From: Felis catus
Taxonomy: Eukaryota
Direction: 5' to 3'
DNA length: 64,000 nt
Assembly: GCF_018350175.1 (NCBI RefSeq)
Contig: NC_058368.1
Coordinates: 208,508,001-208,572,000 of the forward strand
Made by a program: the position numbers and the translations under genes. Of this stretch, positions 1-13,262 are shown one piece after another; the first letter of the stretch is position 1; every line of letters starts with the position of its first letter. The notes below the pieces were generated by a model. It searched no databases. It was not told the origin of the DNA and worked only from the letters and a program-made list of their open reading frames with translations.

Positions 1-586
1 CCAACTCTTTATTCCTGATTACAGCAAACATTTGGACCCCCTACCTGTTTTGAGGCAGATATGCTCCCTCAGCTCCAGCCAAACTGACTTACTCATTGTT
101 TCTGGGACATGATCTGTGGGTTCAGGGCACACTGTGAGCAAAGCACAGAACGAAAGGCTGCCAAGGCATGCCTCTAGGCTATAAGTAAAGCAGTTTATGT
201 GGAGGGCACAAGAAAGTCTACTCTTCCAAGCAAATGATGGGTGAGTGTACAAACTTCAGTTATTTGTGTATGTGTTTTGCCGCTATGGTTCAAAGCTCTT
301 TAAAAGTCAGGTTTGTGCTTTCTTCAATTTTTATTGCCCATAGCATGTAGCATAAAGCCTGCCACACAGTAGGTTTTTGATAAATATTTCTTGATTCTAG
401 CCCACTCAACTTTTTCTCTTTCATATTTACTTCCAGCTTCCAATTCAACACCACTATCACTCCCAGAGACAAAATAATCCTATCTTTCGGCTGCAAACTT
501 TAGGAAGAAAAGGCTTGAGATGGTGGCCAGATTGGATTCTCTAAGATCAAAGGCTAAAATATGAACACTGACATTTGGAAACCCAT

Positions 587-1053
587 TGTGGTAGGCTGAA
601 TAACGGTCCCCACAAAGGTGTTCACATCCTAATTCCCAGAACCTGTGACTACATTGCCTTACATTTGCAGATGTAATTAAATTAAGGATGTTGAGATGGG
701 GAGATTATCCTGGATTGTTTGGGGTAGGTCCAATGTAATCACAAAGGTCCCTTAATCATGGAAGAAGGAAAGAGAATAGTTAGTATTACAGTGATGCAGT
801 GTGAGAGCAACTCAACCAACCACTGCTGACTTTAAAGATGGAAGGAGCCATGAGCCAAGATACAGAGGCATCCTCTAGAAGGGAAAGGCAAGGAAAAAGA
901 TTCTTCCCTGGAGCCTCTAGAAGGAGTACAGCCTGCTAACATCTTTATTTAAGCCCACTGAAACCCATTTCAGACTTCTGACCTGCAGAAACATAAAGTA
1001 ATACATCTGTGTTGTTTTAAGCCACTTAAGTTTTTGGTAATAGGAAACTAATA
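587..1053 (+). mobile_element. MaLR solo LTR (MLT1D-like)
   Basis: Begins TGTGGTAGGCTGAATAA, contains GATGGGGAGATTATCCTGGATT and ends TGTTGTTTTAAGCCAC...AGGAAACTAATA, typical of MLT1 LTRs. Confidence 0.85.
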
Positions 1054-2409
1054 TACCATCTAGATGTTTTGTGTTTTTTTTTTTTTCTGAAGACTTTTCT
1101 GATTGCACTGAACTATTAACTCTAATTGAGAAGAATGTTTCATAAGCCAAAGGATCTTCTGAGTATGCCACTTACTTTTCTGAACTATATTAATTTCCTC
1201 TTTGTCTACATATTACTACCTAATAATCTATAGATATAAAATCACCAGTAGAGAGCGTATCTAACACAGGGTGTAGCAGCATAAAAGTGTTCAAGTTAGA
1301 GGTTTCCCAACTTATTTTTCTCTACTTGTTTTATTCTTTACATTTTAATTCAGCATTTTGTGCAATGGTGATAGTCAAGTAATTAATTAACTAGTACAAG
1401 ATGGACCACCACCGATAACAGAATGGATGCTGGCCAAGATGCTCTGCCAGTGCACACCAGATGAAAATAGACCCTGATATCAAATGTCCTAAAAATTACA
1501 GATACCTCCTTTTACATATGTATTTGGATAAGGTCTAAAGAATTCATTTTTGCTGTTTTGTAATACATCCCACCTCCCAATCCTCAATTAGAATCTATCA
1601 TATGTAGCATGGTCTTACATAGATCTCAGTGAGAACTTCACTCAAATATAGTTAAAATAGCTGGGGAAGTCAATTCCAGAACTTTGGACCTGTCACCAAG
1701 AATCTTTGAAGTACAAAATAAAGATCTAAGTATTTGTGGCGGAATTGCACACGTAATCATAGCTGCCATGATGGAAAACTTCCTAGAGGAATAAAAACCC
1801 CAAGGAAACTAGGTCTCGTCTGCCATATTAGGGGTTCATAAATCAAATCAAACAACACGAATAAGAATCTTCTGAGTCATTTGGAGAATAAAGAATGGAG
1901 GGGATATTTGGTCATTGGCTGGTATCAATTCAGGGAATAGCTGGAACTGTAGACAGTGGTAGGGAGCCCATTCCCCATGGATAAGAACACCTGTCAGTGC
2001 TTGGGAGAAATCTCTACTCTGTGCCAAATGCTGAGTTTGGTCAAAGTTGCCGTTGGACCTCATTCCAACCCCTGCACCCACTCTGAACTACTGCAGCATC
2101 TTGGTGTTCTTATATTGCCTCTTGGATGTCAAAGACATTTCAGTGGGGGCACTTGTCAGAACCTGAACTTCCCTAACTATGACACTTGTCCTGAATGTTT
2201 CATCTTTTCTAGATCATTGCAATTATCAAAATGTAGAATCACTTTATGATTAGCTAGGTCTTTCAAATAATTAATGAATAAATAACTGCCTTTACCACTG
2301 CCACAGTTGATTACCATCCCCCCCATTCAATATTCATCAATCAAAACCATAACAATTTCACTAATAAAAGCTCTAATCAAGAGGCACTTCCTGAAAAAAC
2401 ACGGAGAAA

Positions 2410-2876
2410 ACAAATGCATATTACCAAGTAAAAGAAGCCAGTCTAAAAAGGCTTTTATACATATTGTGTGACTCCAACTGTATTATATTCTGAAAAAGCG
2501 AAACTACAGAGTCAGTAAAATGATCAGTGGCTTCCAGGGCCTAGAGGAGAGGAATGAATGGGTGGAGCACAGAGGATCTTTAGGGCAGTGAAACTATTCT
2601 GTATGATACTATAATGGTGGATACATGGCCACATACATTTGTCAAAACCCATACAATGTACAACACCAAGAGTTAACTGTAATGCAAACTATGGATTTCA
2701 GGTGATAATGGTGTGTCATTGTAGGTTGTAATAAATCATACTTCTCTGGTGTGAGATATTAATAGTGAGGGAGGCTGTCCATGCTTGGGTGCAAAGATAT
2801 ATGGGAGCTTACTATACTTTCTGCTCAGTTTTGCTGTGAACCTAAACTTCCCTAAAAAATAAATTCTATTAAAAAA
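2410..2876 (+). mobile_element. Ancient L1 3' end (L1MC-like)
   Basis: AAGTAAAAGAAGCCAG...GGCAGTGAAACTATTCTGTATGATACTATAATGGTGGATACATG...GTGAACCTAAA, then AATAAA and A tail. Confidence 0.85.
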
Positions 2877-3407
2877 GTTATCTCCTTCCAATATCTTTAG
2901 TGGGTCCTCTCTATATTTGTCACAAATACCAAGCTCCTTGGTCTAGCACCAAATGCCAACCTTAGGCTACCAACATCTTTCCTCCAGAAAAAAATCTCTT
3001 TGTTTTTCCTGCATGCTCCCTGTGCTGTCATCTCCCCATGAAATCTTTATGTCTCAATTGTTCTTTCCTCTGTCTCAATATTAGAGTCCTTCAAGGTGCA
3101 TTCAAAGACTGCCTTCACCACCAATCCTCCCTCCATCATCTACACATTCAGAACTTATATTTTCTACCAAATTCCAATAGCTGGCATCTCTATGGCATCA
3201 CTTTCTACCTTGTTTTTTGGTGCACATAGCTCCCTCAAACTAATAGGTTGTCAGTATGGAGGACTATTTGCATCTCCCATAGCACTTAACATAGTGTCTT
3301 AAGAAAGAGTTGCAAAGCTAAACATTAAATGCGTAACTAATTTACTGTGCTATACTAGTCCAAAATTATACTGTATTTTATTAGCTGCTTTCATTCTGGA
3401 TAAACTT

Positions 3408-3447
3408 ATTTTTTTAGTTTATTTATTTTGAGAGGGAGAGAGAGAGA

Positions 3448-3489
<42 letters not shown>

Positions 3490-3615
3490 CCCAAGCAGGC
3501 TCCTCCCTGTCAGTGCAGAGCCCAATGCAGGGCCTGAATTCATGAACTGAGAGATCATGACCTTAGCCAAAACCAAGAGTTGGACACTTAACTGACTGAG
3601 CCACTCAGGAGCCCC
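3408..3615 (-). mobile_element. Carnivore SINE (CanSINE) with expanded (GA)n tract
   Basis: Reverse-oriented tRNA-derived head (GACTGAGCCACTCAGG), (GA)n, TTTATT tail; TGGATAAA repeated on both flanks. Confidence 0.95.
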
Positions 3616-3789
3616 TTGGATAAAATAATTTAACTGAAAGGAATAAGGTAAAACTTTTCAGGAGACTCATTAGTAATAAGGGAAGGTAAACATGTTCATC
3701 CATCATTCATACTTTAATAACCCCATATCTTCACTTATAAACCACCCTTACAAAAAGTCACATCACACTCCTCAAACACTTCTCTCCCC

Positions 3790-4110
3790 TTTGTAGTGGC
3801 AGGTAGAGCTGGATTCATGGAAAGGCAGCTAGAACAGACATTGCTGGTTTCTTGGCCATCACCTATTCCTCCTTTTCCTTTCCTTTTGTTCAGATCTCCA
3901 CCCTTTCTTTGACTCAGGAAGCAAATCTTGATTAATCTTAACTAATTATTGTAATTTCATCTCCCTTGTCAGAGATTGGTTTAGAAAGAAGCATGGATCC
4001 AATCTTGGCCAATGTTATATAAGGACTTGCTTGGGGGATTCTGAGAAGATTTCCTTCCAGAAAAACACAGATACATGAGAAAGGCAGCCTCTCTTCTGCT
4101 GGACGTCCTA
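3790..4110 (+). mobile_element. Old MaLR LTR fragment (MLT1J/K/L-like)
   Basis: GATTGGTTTAG...CAATCTTGGCCAATG...GGGGATTCTGAGAAGATTT motif order resembles old MLT1 LTRs. Confidence 0.55.
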
Positions 4111-4429
4111 TCTGAATTATCTATTCTATAAGATGTCTACTACTATAAAGTTATCAATCTCATAAATTTAGGCTTTACTAATTTCATATTTTCTATAAGA
4201 CAGGCACTTAACTGAATTTTACCTTTGCTTTAAAAGAATTTTATAAAACCAATTCACAGTATAAATAACATTTTAGAAAGCAAAAAGAAAGGTACTAGAT
4301 AAAACAATGAATAAATGGATGGATAAATGATATTATAGTTTGTTCATTCACTCATCTAACTAAGAGTTGATAAACCGACATTAGCTGTGGTTACAAAGAC
4401 CCATCTTTGACGAATCAGGGAATCAGTAC

Positions 4430-4550
4430 GGCCAAATTGTGTCAAAATGATCCTTTTTTTAAACAAAGTATGCCTTCTCCTGGAACAGTGGATGAAGGCA
4501 CTAATAATAGCATATCCCAATTTTATCAAGGCATTTGAAATATCTTCTAC
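4430..4550 (+). mobile_element. Degenerate CR1/L3 LINE reverse-transcriptase remnant
   Basis: AAATTGTGTCAAAATGATCCTTTTTT...GTGGATGAAGG...TTTTATCAAGGCATTTGA resembles the CR1 RT segment encoding SCQTNL...YLDFSKAFD. Confidence 0.45.
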
Positions 4551-5679
4551 AGTGACATTTCTTTCAATATAAATTTTGGTACAAAATATTCTATAATTCA
4601 GTCATTAATTAACAATAATGATATTAAGAGTGATGTCTCAATAAGTCAAAATTCATGAGATACAAACCTACTTTCTAGTGATTTCACAATGTCCCGTTCT
4701 GTGTGACAAACTTTGAGGTCGTCAAAGAAAGCCCCTCTTTTGAGTATAAAGTGTTATTGATTACTCCTTGCTTTGACATAATTGAACTATGGGACACTGA
4801 TTGATAGGGGACAAAGAAGATACAAATTCAGCTGATCGGTTTCAGAAAAATCATTAGATTTGGTCCATGGGTCACAGTAGTTCCCTTTCTTTTCCCAGAA
4901 ACGTTCTTGGTATTAATTTTGAACAGTTGAGCTTTAGAAAGTCTGCACATCATTAGTGTCAGGGGATGCACAATAGAGTAATCATCACATGAGGACAGCG
5001 TATTACAGATTGGCACCCCATCTGAAAAAAACCAAACAGAAGGAAAGAGAGTCATGGTAGTGGGTTCATCTCTTGAATATCCTTCCTGATGGGCAACTAG
5101 TTGGTGTTAAAAGTCTGGGCTCCATCAACTGTCATTGGCTGGTCAGCAGCAATTTCTCTCAGTGCTGTTCCCATGACGCAAGCAAACAGACCCTACTTTT
5201 GTTCTGCTTCACCCCCGCGCCTGACAGGCACAAATGCCTTCTTGATAGATTGGCTCCTGGAATTGTGCAGCCCCCACAGCTGATTTCCTTTCTGGCAAGC
5301 TGCCTCCTGGTAAACACCGATGGGATGAGCAAGAGGATGTGTGGGTACAGAATAGTGATCCAGGGCTTTGACTATGATTATGCTCTCGGTCATCATCATT
5401 TCCAAATTGCATATTATGAACACAGATTGTATTGGGGATGTTGAGGATGGAGAGGAAGGCTTGTGCATTTCTATTCGGGGAAGAGTTATCAGAGTTTACC
5501 GTCTCCAAACTTCTACTGCTTTAGAATTGAAGGAAGAAAGGCCGCACAGTAGAGTTTTCCCAAGCCTCGAAAATAATTAGAGATTCACTTCTGGTTCAGC
5601 TACATCATTACTCCCTCCCTCTTGGCTTTCTTTTACAGACCTTTCACCCACATTGGAAGATTGGCATGTTTCTTTATTT

Positions 5680-6110
5680 TAGGGCAACTCTCCCAGATGC
5701 GGATTCTGAAGACTTGTTCTATAAGGGGGTAGAGGAAGACGAATGGTGGACAGGGAAGGGGGAAAAGCCAAGTACAGCTGTGATTTTAGGGAAAGTTTCA
5801 CAAAGGGTATTTGAGCCTGATCTTTTTCAGGAGAACTCTGGAGTGTGGATTAAACCTCCAAGTCTATCCCAAATTGAGGCAGTGGGTCTGGGCTTTCACT
5901 CTCTTCTGCCAGTCAGTCATTGGCTAAGGGCTGGACAGGGAGATACAAACTCTCAGGTGCTCTGGCTTTCAGGCTGCAGGCAAACAAAGGTGCAGTCTTC
6001 TCAGAGAGTCACACGTGTGAACTTATTAACAAAACACACAGAAGCCGGAGAGGAGAACAGCAAAATGACAAAATGGATCAGAGGGGATCTGAATAGAGCA
6101 GGGCGGGGTC
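5680..6110 (-). mobile_element. ERVL solo LTR (LTR33/LTR16-like)
   Basis: GGACAGGGAAGGGGGAAAAGCCAA...GGAGAACTCTGGAG...CCAGTCAGTCATTGGCTAAGGGCTG matches recalled antisense LTR33/LTR16 text. Confidence 0.6.
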
Positions 6111-6532
6111 CTCTAGGCTCCTGGTCAGAGCTGCTGTATCCTTTGGCTAAAGTTGGTTCTGTAGCTTTCAACGCCTGTCTCAAGAAACTATCAGAATCTG
6201 GGTGTTGTGAGAGTCATAACAGGATCCAAACTCAATAGAATCAGTACATACAAAGAATAAGTTTATAGTCTGTACTTGGTAACTGATCTGGCCAAAATAT
6301 TTTAAGGAATCTTGAAAATCATTAGACTGACTGGTATTTGGTTTTACCCCTTTCTCTGCATCTCTGGTTTGCCAACATCGGTTCTCTCCATTTGCTTTAG
6401 CTTCACTAATCCTTTACTTTATAAACACATCTGCCTTCAGAAAGGCTTCCCTGATACAGTGAGGTGGTGGCACCATTGCCTGAACTATCATATAAAGAGC
6501 ATTCAGAATCTGCCCCAGGTTATTCATTTTGT

Positions 6533-6534
<2 letters not shown>

Positions 6535-6573
<39 letters not shown>
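6535..6573. repeat. (CA)n microsatellite
   Basis: Direct read. Confidence 0.99.
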
Positions 6574-6577
<4 letters not shown>

Positions 6578-7061
6578 AATTAGACAAACTGTAAGAATCT
6601 GGCAAAGCTCAGTAACCACCTCTGCTCAAGCAGAGCCTTACATTTGTCCCATTTGCCTCAGGCAATTTTTATGAGGACATAAAGGTATTTGGGGTAAAAA
6701 AAAAGTGTAAAAGAACTAAATAATATAGGGTGACGTGTTTATTAACTAGTCAACAGTAATATCATTCATCCATTTGAAGTTGCTTCTTTTCTCTCTGAAG
6801 GCAAAATATGGATTGGTTAACTTTTCTGTAATTTGTTTTACAAGTTGCTTTTTCTTTTAATATACAGATTTGTTTGTATGTATTTTGAAAAACAATCCAG
6901 TTGTTCATTAAATTGCTGTACAGTTTTATGTATTACACTTTCTCATTCCTTTGTTCCAACTCAGAAAACATAGAAATATATTTCTGTGGAATGAGGAGGG
7001 AAATACGGTCAGCTTACTTAATAAGGACTGGTTAAAAATTATCCAAAATGTTTCCTTTCCT

Positions 7062-7235
7062 TGGCCGCCTAGGTGGCTCAGTCAGTTAAGTGTCTGACTC
7101 TTGATGTTGGCTCAGGTCGTGATCTCACAGTTTGTGAGATCCAGCCCCACGTTAGGCTCCATGCTGACAGCGCTTGGGATTCTCTCTCTCTCTCTTTCTC
7201 TCTCAAGATAAACAAATAAACTTAGAAAAAGAAAA
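7062..7235 (+). mobile_element. Carnivore SINE
   Basis: GGTGGCTCAGTCAGTTAAG head, (CT)n, A-rich tail. Confidence 0.95.
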
Positions 7236-9479
7236 CCCACAATGTACTTCCCTTCTAGGTCAAAAAAGTATAATCCCTTGCAAATAACTGAATGTCAAAG
7301 ACCCATCAGATGGCCAGTGAGTAGTTGAAGATGCTTCTTAAGTCAGTCCTCCCTCTGGAAATCAGAAAAAGAAGACTTGAAGAAGTTCAGGTTTGAAAAT
7401 TCTGACACTAGGAACATCAAGTCAACAAGTAAAGTTGTTGTCAAAGAATGTAAACAAGGCCTTCTGCAATTTATTCACACCTAATTCTCCAGCTCTTCAT
7501 TCACTCACCTTCTCAACATCCATTGAGCAGCTAGCATATGCAAAATTTTGGGCTGGGTGCTGAGCAGAACATTAGGCTTTTTACTAAAAGTTTGAATCAT
7601 TTGTGGACTGGGCTATTACTGAAATCACAGACCAGTGAAGCACATTACATCAAGGGAACACGAAATGGAACAAAGCCACTTTTTAAAGGCCCCCTTTTAA
7701 AATCAGGTTGGCCGGCTCTTCCTATTTGCCCAACTGCTAACCTTTAGAAAGATTTTTCTTATTGCTGATAAGGCCAGCGGGTGATCACCCTGTCTCCCCT
7801 CTATAGGGCATAAAGGGTGCCTTTGTTTTCCTCAGCACGAACTCAGAGGCAAACCCAGGGAACAGTGAAACACCCAGGATGGAAATGAGGTGTCTTTGTG
7901 ACAGTAAATTCTTTCTTCGGCCCCCATTATCGAGATCAACGTGACTGAGTCACCGGTGGATGAAACCAATGATTGTTTTACTCTGCCTACCCAGAGTCAC
8001 TCACTGAGTCAGTGGGTAAACTGGGATCAGAACCCAGACTTGTCCTACCAAGGCTGAGCGGTTCTACTATATTTATCCAGGGTCTCATGATTCTTAGTGC
8101 TTTTGCTCTGCCCTCTAATTTGCACTGTGCCTGCTATAATATCTGAATGGGAAGTTGCCAGCTAAAATGGTCATTATCCGAGAAATCTATTTAAACATGT
8201 TTGTAAGGTCAAATGAAGTGGGTGGTGGATAAGCTAGACAGAAAACAACCCAAGCTTTGGCTCAGCACAGCCAGTGAGGCTAAAGCAAAAAGAGAGCAAT
8301 GTTTAATGTCAAGCTAGCACATGGTAGGAAAAGGCAATCTAACCAAAATTATATCTAAATGTAGGAATGAGCAGTCAAAATATTCAACCAACCAATTGAT
8401 TTCTATGCAAGACGTGGAACAATGATTTGACTTATTTTCTAACTCAATGGATTGAGAGTTTGAGGCAGCATGCCAGTAGGGTTCCAAATCCAAACTTTGT
8501 AAAGGATCTTTATAGCCATAGTTTATCCCAACAAGAGGGAAGAGTCGGAATATTGAAGAAAAATGCCCAGAATCAACCAAAAATGGTCTTTGATGGACTT
8601 AACAATAGGTACTAGTGAGTGCTATAGGGCCACAGAGAAATTAGGAAACTGGGGGAAAATCTAATGTCTCTGGGAGCCCAAACTAGACTTCCTATACATT
8701 TGAGACTTTGAAGAACAGCTTTCAGCCCCAGCAAAACCCACATCTCACAATTTAGAGCCAACCACTGCATTACATGACCACCCAGACTCTGCTCAATTAT
8801 CTCTGAGCATCAAAGAGGAAGAAGGAAAAGGGTATGTCTTCATTTTCGTTTTCTAAGAAATATGGGTACATGCGTTGGGAGGCTTTAGGTAGCAAAGAGA
8901 AATGTAGCATCTAAAATGCTTCCTACATGTTCTGCATGAGTGTAGATGCTAGTTCATAAAGATAGAGACTGAGGAATTAAGCAGATTCTGTGCAACTGAA
9001 AGATCCCGTATGGTTACTACTGGAAAATATGACATACATGGGCATCAAGTAATTAAGTCATAGAGGAGAGTATTTCTTTTTCACTATGAATGAAATTAAT
9101 TTAATAAACACCTGTGCATACACAATTCACTTACAAATATTATTTCTTCCTAGAGCTTGATGTGGTAAGTTTTGGGCTAGAACTGCATAGCATTCGTCCC
9201 AGATTCCTTCCACTATACCAAAACATTAAGCACTTTCTGTCCCTTTCTTTCTGATTCTGACTCTCTTCTCATTTCTAATGATTTCAAAAGTGACTTATAC
9301 AGGTCATTGCTAAAAGAAAGAAATGGAGAGCGAGAAAGGGAGGAGAATATTGGAAAAGAATTTGGGGAAAAGAGGGGGTAGGTCAAAAGAAAGGAGAACT
9401 TTCAGAATGATCAGCGAGAGAGCACAGGGAAGACAGATCAAAGTGGCTTTGATATATTGCAGCAATGGATGTTCCTAGA

Positions 9480-10176
9480 ACTGTGCTAATCAGTATAGTA
9501 GCCGTTAGCATGTGTAGCTATTGAGCACCGTAATGTAGCTGGTCTGAATTGCAATGTGTAAGTACAAGATACACATCAGATTTTGAAGACTTTTGTACAA
9601 GTAAAAAAAGATCACAAAGTATTAATAATTTTACATTGATGACATTTTGATATATAATATTTGGGATACGCAGTTGACCCTTGAACAGCACAGGTCTGAA
9701 CTGTGTGGGTCACTTACATGCAGATTTTTTTTGGTAATACAGTACAGGACTATAAATGTATTTCTCTTCCTCATGAGTCTTTTTTCTCTTCCTCATGATT
9801 TTCTTAATACCATTTTCCTTTCTCTAGCTTCCTTAATTGTAAGAATACAGTATGTAATACATATAACGTACGAAATATGTGTGAATCAACTGTTTATGTT
9901 GTTGGTAAGGCTTCCAGTCAGCAGTGGGCTATTAGCAGTTAAGTTTGGGGGAAGTCAAAAGGTACACATGGATTTTTTACAGTGCGGGGTTGGGGCGGGG
10001 GAAGAAGGTAAGTGCTCCTAGCCCCCATGTTGCTGCTCAAGGGTCAACCGTATAGCGTTAAGTAAAATATGTTGTTAAAATTGATGCCATCTGTGCCTTT
10101 TTAATTTTTTAATGTGGCCACTAGAAAAATTAAAATTCCATATGTGGCTCACGTTATATTTCCACTACTCGGTGCT
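9480..10176 (-). mobile_element. MER33-like hAT-Charlie MITE, interrupted by a Tigger element
   Basis: GCTATTGAGCAC...GATTTTGAAGAC on the left and AATGTGGCCACTAGAAAAATTAAAATT...ATATGTGGCTCAC on the right match the two halves of antisense MER33. Confidence 0.8.
9671..10050. mobile_element. Tigger2a-like TcMar DNA transposon (non-autonomous)
   Basis: Terminal inverted repeats CAGTTGACCCTTGA (9671) and TCAAGGGTCAACCG (ends 10050), followed by TA. Confidence 0.9.
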
Positions 10177-10731
10177 CTTCTCCATCTTCAGGAGAAGTAG
10201 TAGAATGGCATTCCACTCTCCCCACTGTCTCTGCCACAACGACCCCCAAACTCTCAGCCCAAAATTCGGGCCCTGACATATTATAAAGCCTGCGATAGCA
10301 GTGTCCATGCTTGAAGTTTCTTTTGGGAGGCAGGAGATCTCTCCAGCAGCTTCTAGTTCTTGGGAGGCCGATCCATGGCCGATGTGCAGGGGCCTTCAGA
10401 AAAGGCGGTCCTCAGACCCACCCTGGGGCCTTGGCGGGCCTGCTGTAGTCCTGACTCTCCCCACTCCAACCCCAGGGGACCCTGGCTTTGTCTTCCTCAA
10501 AGCCCCCTGGTCACAGGATATTTCCTCCCCCAGCTACCTTTCCCAGGATTTACCTTTTTTTCCCAAACATAGGTAGGCACCTTCTCATAATTTGGAGTAA
10601 ACCAAAAAACGCACAAAAACCTTTTACGACTCAGAACATAATACATCAAAGGCAACTTGGACCTGGCCTACAGTGTGTGTAGGGTGCTACAGAAACCCTG
10701 GGTGATTTTGGAGCAGAGATTAGAATAACAA

Positions 10732-10934
10732 GGGACGCCTGGGTGGCTCAGTCAGTTAAGCATCTGACTTCGGCTCAGGTCATGATCTCACGATTCGTGG
10801 GGTCAAGCCCCGCAGGGGCGTCCGGGCTGTCAGGGCAGAGCCCGTTTTGGATCCTCTATTCCCCACTCACTCTACCCCTCCCCTGCTTGCACTCTCTCTC
10901 TCTCTCAAAATAAATAAATAAACTTAAAAAAAAG
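10732..10934 (+). mobile_element. Carnivore SINE with 17-bp target-site duplication
   Basis: AGAGATTAGAATAACAA at 10715-10731 and 10935-10951. Confidence 0.97.
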
Positions 10935-11889
10935 AGAGATTAGAATAACAAAAGGGCTCCAGGTGGAAAGAAAAAGGAGGGAGCAAGAGGAAGGAGGGAG
11001 AACTGGTAGACCATGTGAGATGCAGACACATCTGGAAGAAGGTAGTCAACTGTCAATCATTTAGATGCACTTGCTGTGTCTTATCTCTAAAAAGTCATTG
11101 TATGCTACAGATAGCAGGTGACTGTCTGCAGTGGCACTTCTACCCCACATCCAGTTTACCCGTTTTCAGAGCGATAGCCAAGCCCAACTTGATTTCAAAT
11201 GTGAATACAAACACTGGAGTGGAAATTCTACACCCCTACGGGAGACATAGCACAACTCAGATGCCTCACAGAGGAGGTCGCAGTAGCATCATGTCTTCCC
11301 GGATGAACTACTCATCTGGCAGGAAGCTTATCCTTTGCACCGAGTATTTCCACTCATGGCACTTCCTCTGCCGAGGCAGTAGAGGCTTTATGTGAGAAAA
11401 CCCGTGTCCTTGTCCCAAAGCACGGCCAACTCAACCAACAGCTCAGAGGATCCAACAGTTATGCTGAAGCTTAATACAACCGTTTACCCGGCATAACAAA
11501 GAATTCCATATCTGATCTGCACCTCAGCATATCTGATGGGAAAAAATACACCTTTTCACGGTCATCCCTGAAAGCCTGGGACAGTAGTAATTTCCTTTCT
11601 CCTTCCCTCTCTTCTGTCACTTTTATCCTATCACTTAGAATTGGGTTAAGTCTGGTGATTCTCAGGCAGACATTAGAAGAAAGGCCAAAGAGATCTCTGA
11701 GCCAGTTTTCACTATTCACCCCAAGTTGGAAGATTCCTGTGATTTTAATAGCTGCCTGCTGGGTTGTCAGTGTCCCTTTTTTAGGTCAGTGACCTGGGAA
11801 CTCATCCTTTTTGTAAGTTCCCAAAGGAAGTTTTCCTCCCTTACTTAAATTTTGCGCCCTGATGTACAGAAACAATTCAGGATTTTGGC

Positions 11890-12396
11890 GTAGTGTGGCC
11901 AAGATTATCTATCCATTATCACCTTCTTTCTTACCAAAGTAATCCTAATTTTATTCCAGGAAACAATGTGACCAGCTGAGAGATGATAGTCTCAGGCTCC
12001 CTTGTAATTAGGAGTGGTCTCTGAGATGCAAGTGGTATTTGTCAGGTGGGACTTCAAGGAAATCTCCTTAAAAGAGGAACAGACAGCTGGTATATGCCCT
12101 TTAGCCCTTTCCTCCCCTCTCTCTCTTTCTTCCTGTCTAAACCCTGGAAGTGATGGCTGGAGCCTTAGCAGCCATCCTAGACCATGAAGCGACCTGAGGA
12201 TGTAAGGCAAGCCCTAAGGGTGATTAGGAAGAAGGATAAAAAGAATCTGGAACACTGATGATCTTATAAGCATCCATAACAGTCTGGACTGTAGACCTAC
12301 TTATTTTACAAAAGAGAAAAATTGAAACCTGTATCTTAAGCCACTGTCACTTGTGTTTTCTGTTGTAAGCTACCCAACCTAATCCTAACTGATACA
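11890..12396 (+). mobile_element. MaLR solo LTR (MLT1I/J-like)
   Basis: GTGATGGCTGGAGC...GCAGCCATC...TTAAGCCACTG...CCTAATCCTAACTGATACA terminus. Confidence 0.8.
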
Positions 12397-12513
12397 TGTA
12401 GAAAGAACTCTAGGTTTATTTTCCAGAAATCAATTTCTGTAATTAATTTCTATAATTAGCCATTCATAAATTTAGTAATTTGCTACATTATCCATTTGCT
12501 TAAAACCTATTTC

Positions 12514-12717
12514 CTTTTTTTAAATGTTTACTTATTTATTTTGAGGGAGACAGAGAGAGCACACTCATGCCTGGGGGAGGGACAGAGAGAGAGAAAGAGA
12601 ATGAGAATCCTAAGCAGGATACCCTGGTATGGGGCTCAATCCCACAAACCATGAGATCATAACCTGAGCCAAAATCAAGAGTCAGACGTTTAACCAACTG
12701 AGCCACCCAGGCATCCC
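12514..12717 (-). mobile_element. Carnivore SINE
   Basis: Antisense head CTGAGCCACCCAGGCATCCC, poly-T tail. Confidence 0.95.
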
Positions 12718-13037
12718 AACTTGTTTCTAATAATTACTTATAAAGTTTAGGCCAATTTGCATTTTTCTGAAGCCTTTTAAAGTACACTGTATTTTGAGGT
12801 AGTCTTGTTTTTGGTAGTGTTGAACATATAATGAAATGAAAGGATTTTATACACAACAACAATCTCTTTTTTTCCAAAAATTGTTCAATTTTATGTCTAC
12901 AACTTTTCACAGAGAAATAAAAGTGTAGGGCCCTGCATGGGAATTGGGAAATCGTGACTAGGAATACCTTTACACATGTGTCCTCCTTGCGCAAACACCC
13001 AGCAGCCCTGTATGTGCTGAAGAAAACACACCCTCAT

Positions 13038-13262
13038 GGGGCGCCTGGGTGGCGCAGTCAGTTAAGCGTCCGACTTCAGCCAGGTCACGATCTCGCGGTC
13101 CGTGAGTTCGAGCCCCGCGTCGGGCTCTGGGCTGATGGCTCGGAGCCTGGAGCCTGTTTCCGATTCTGTGTCTCCCTCTCTCTCTGCCCCTCCCCCGTTC
13201 ATGCTCTGTCTCTCTCTGTCCCAAAAATAAATAAACGTTGAAAAAAAAATTAAAAAAACAAA
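13038..13262 (+). mobile_element. Young feline SINE (SINEC_Fc-type)
   Basis: GGGGCGCCTGGGTGGCGCAG head, CpGs intact, AATAAA and A tail, AAACA(C/T)ACCCTCAT on both flanks. Confidence 0.97.

Noticed and set aside
5666..6238. 190-aa ORF
   Set aside because: Overlaps an ERVL LTR-like remnant and has no recognisable domain.
8310..8620. Possible CR1/L3 3' remnant
   Set aside because: Resemblance is too faint to support without a profile search.
13038..13120. tRNA gene at SINE heads (A and B boxes)
   Set aside because: These are tRNA-derived SINE heads without a complete cloverleaf, followed by (CT)n and A tails.
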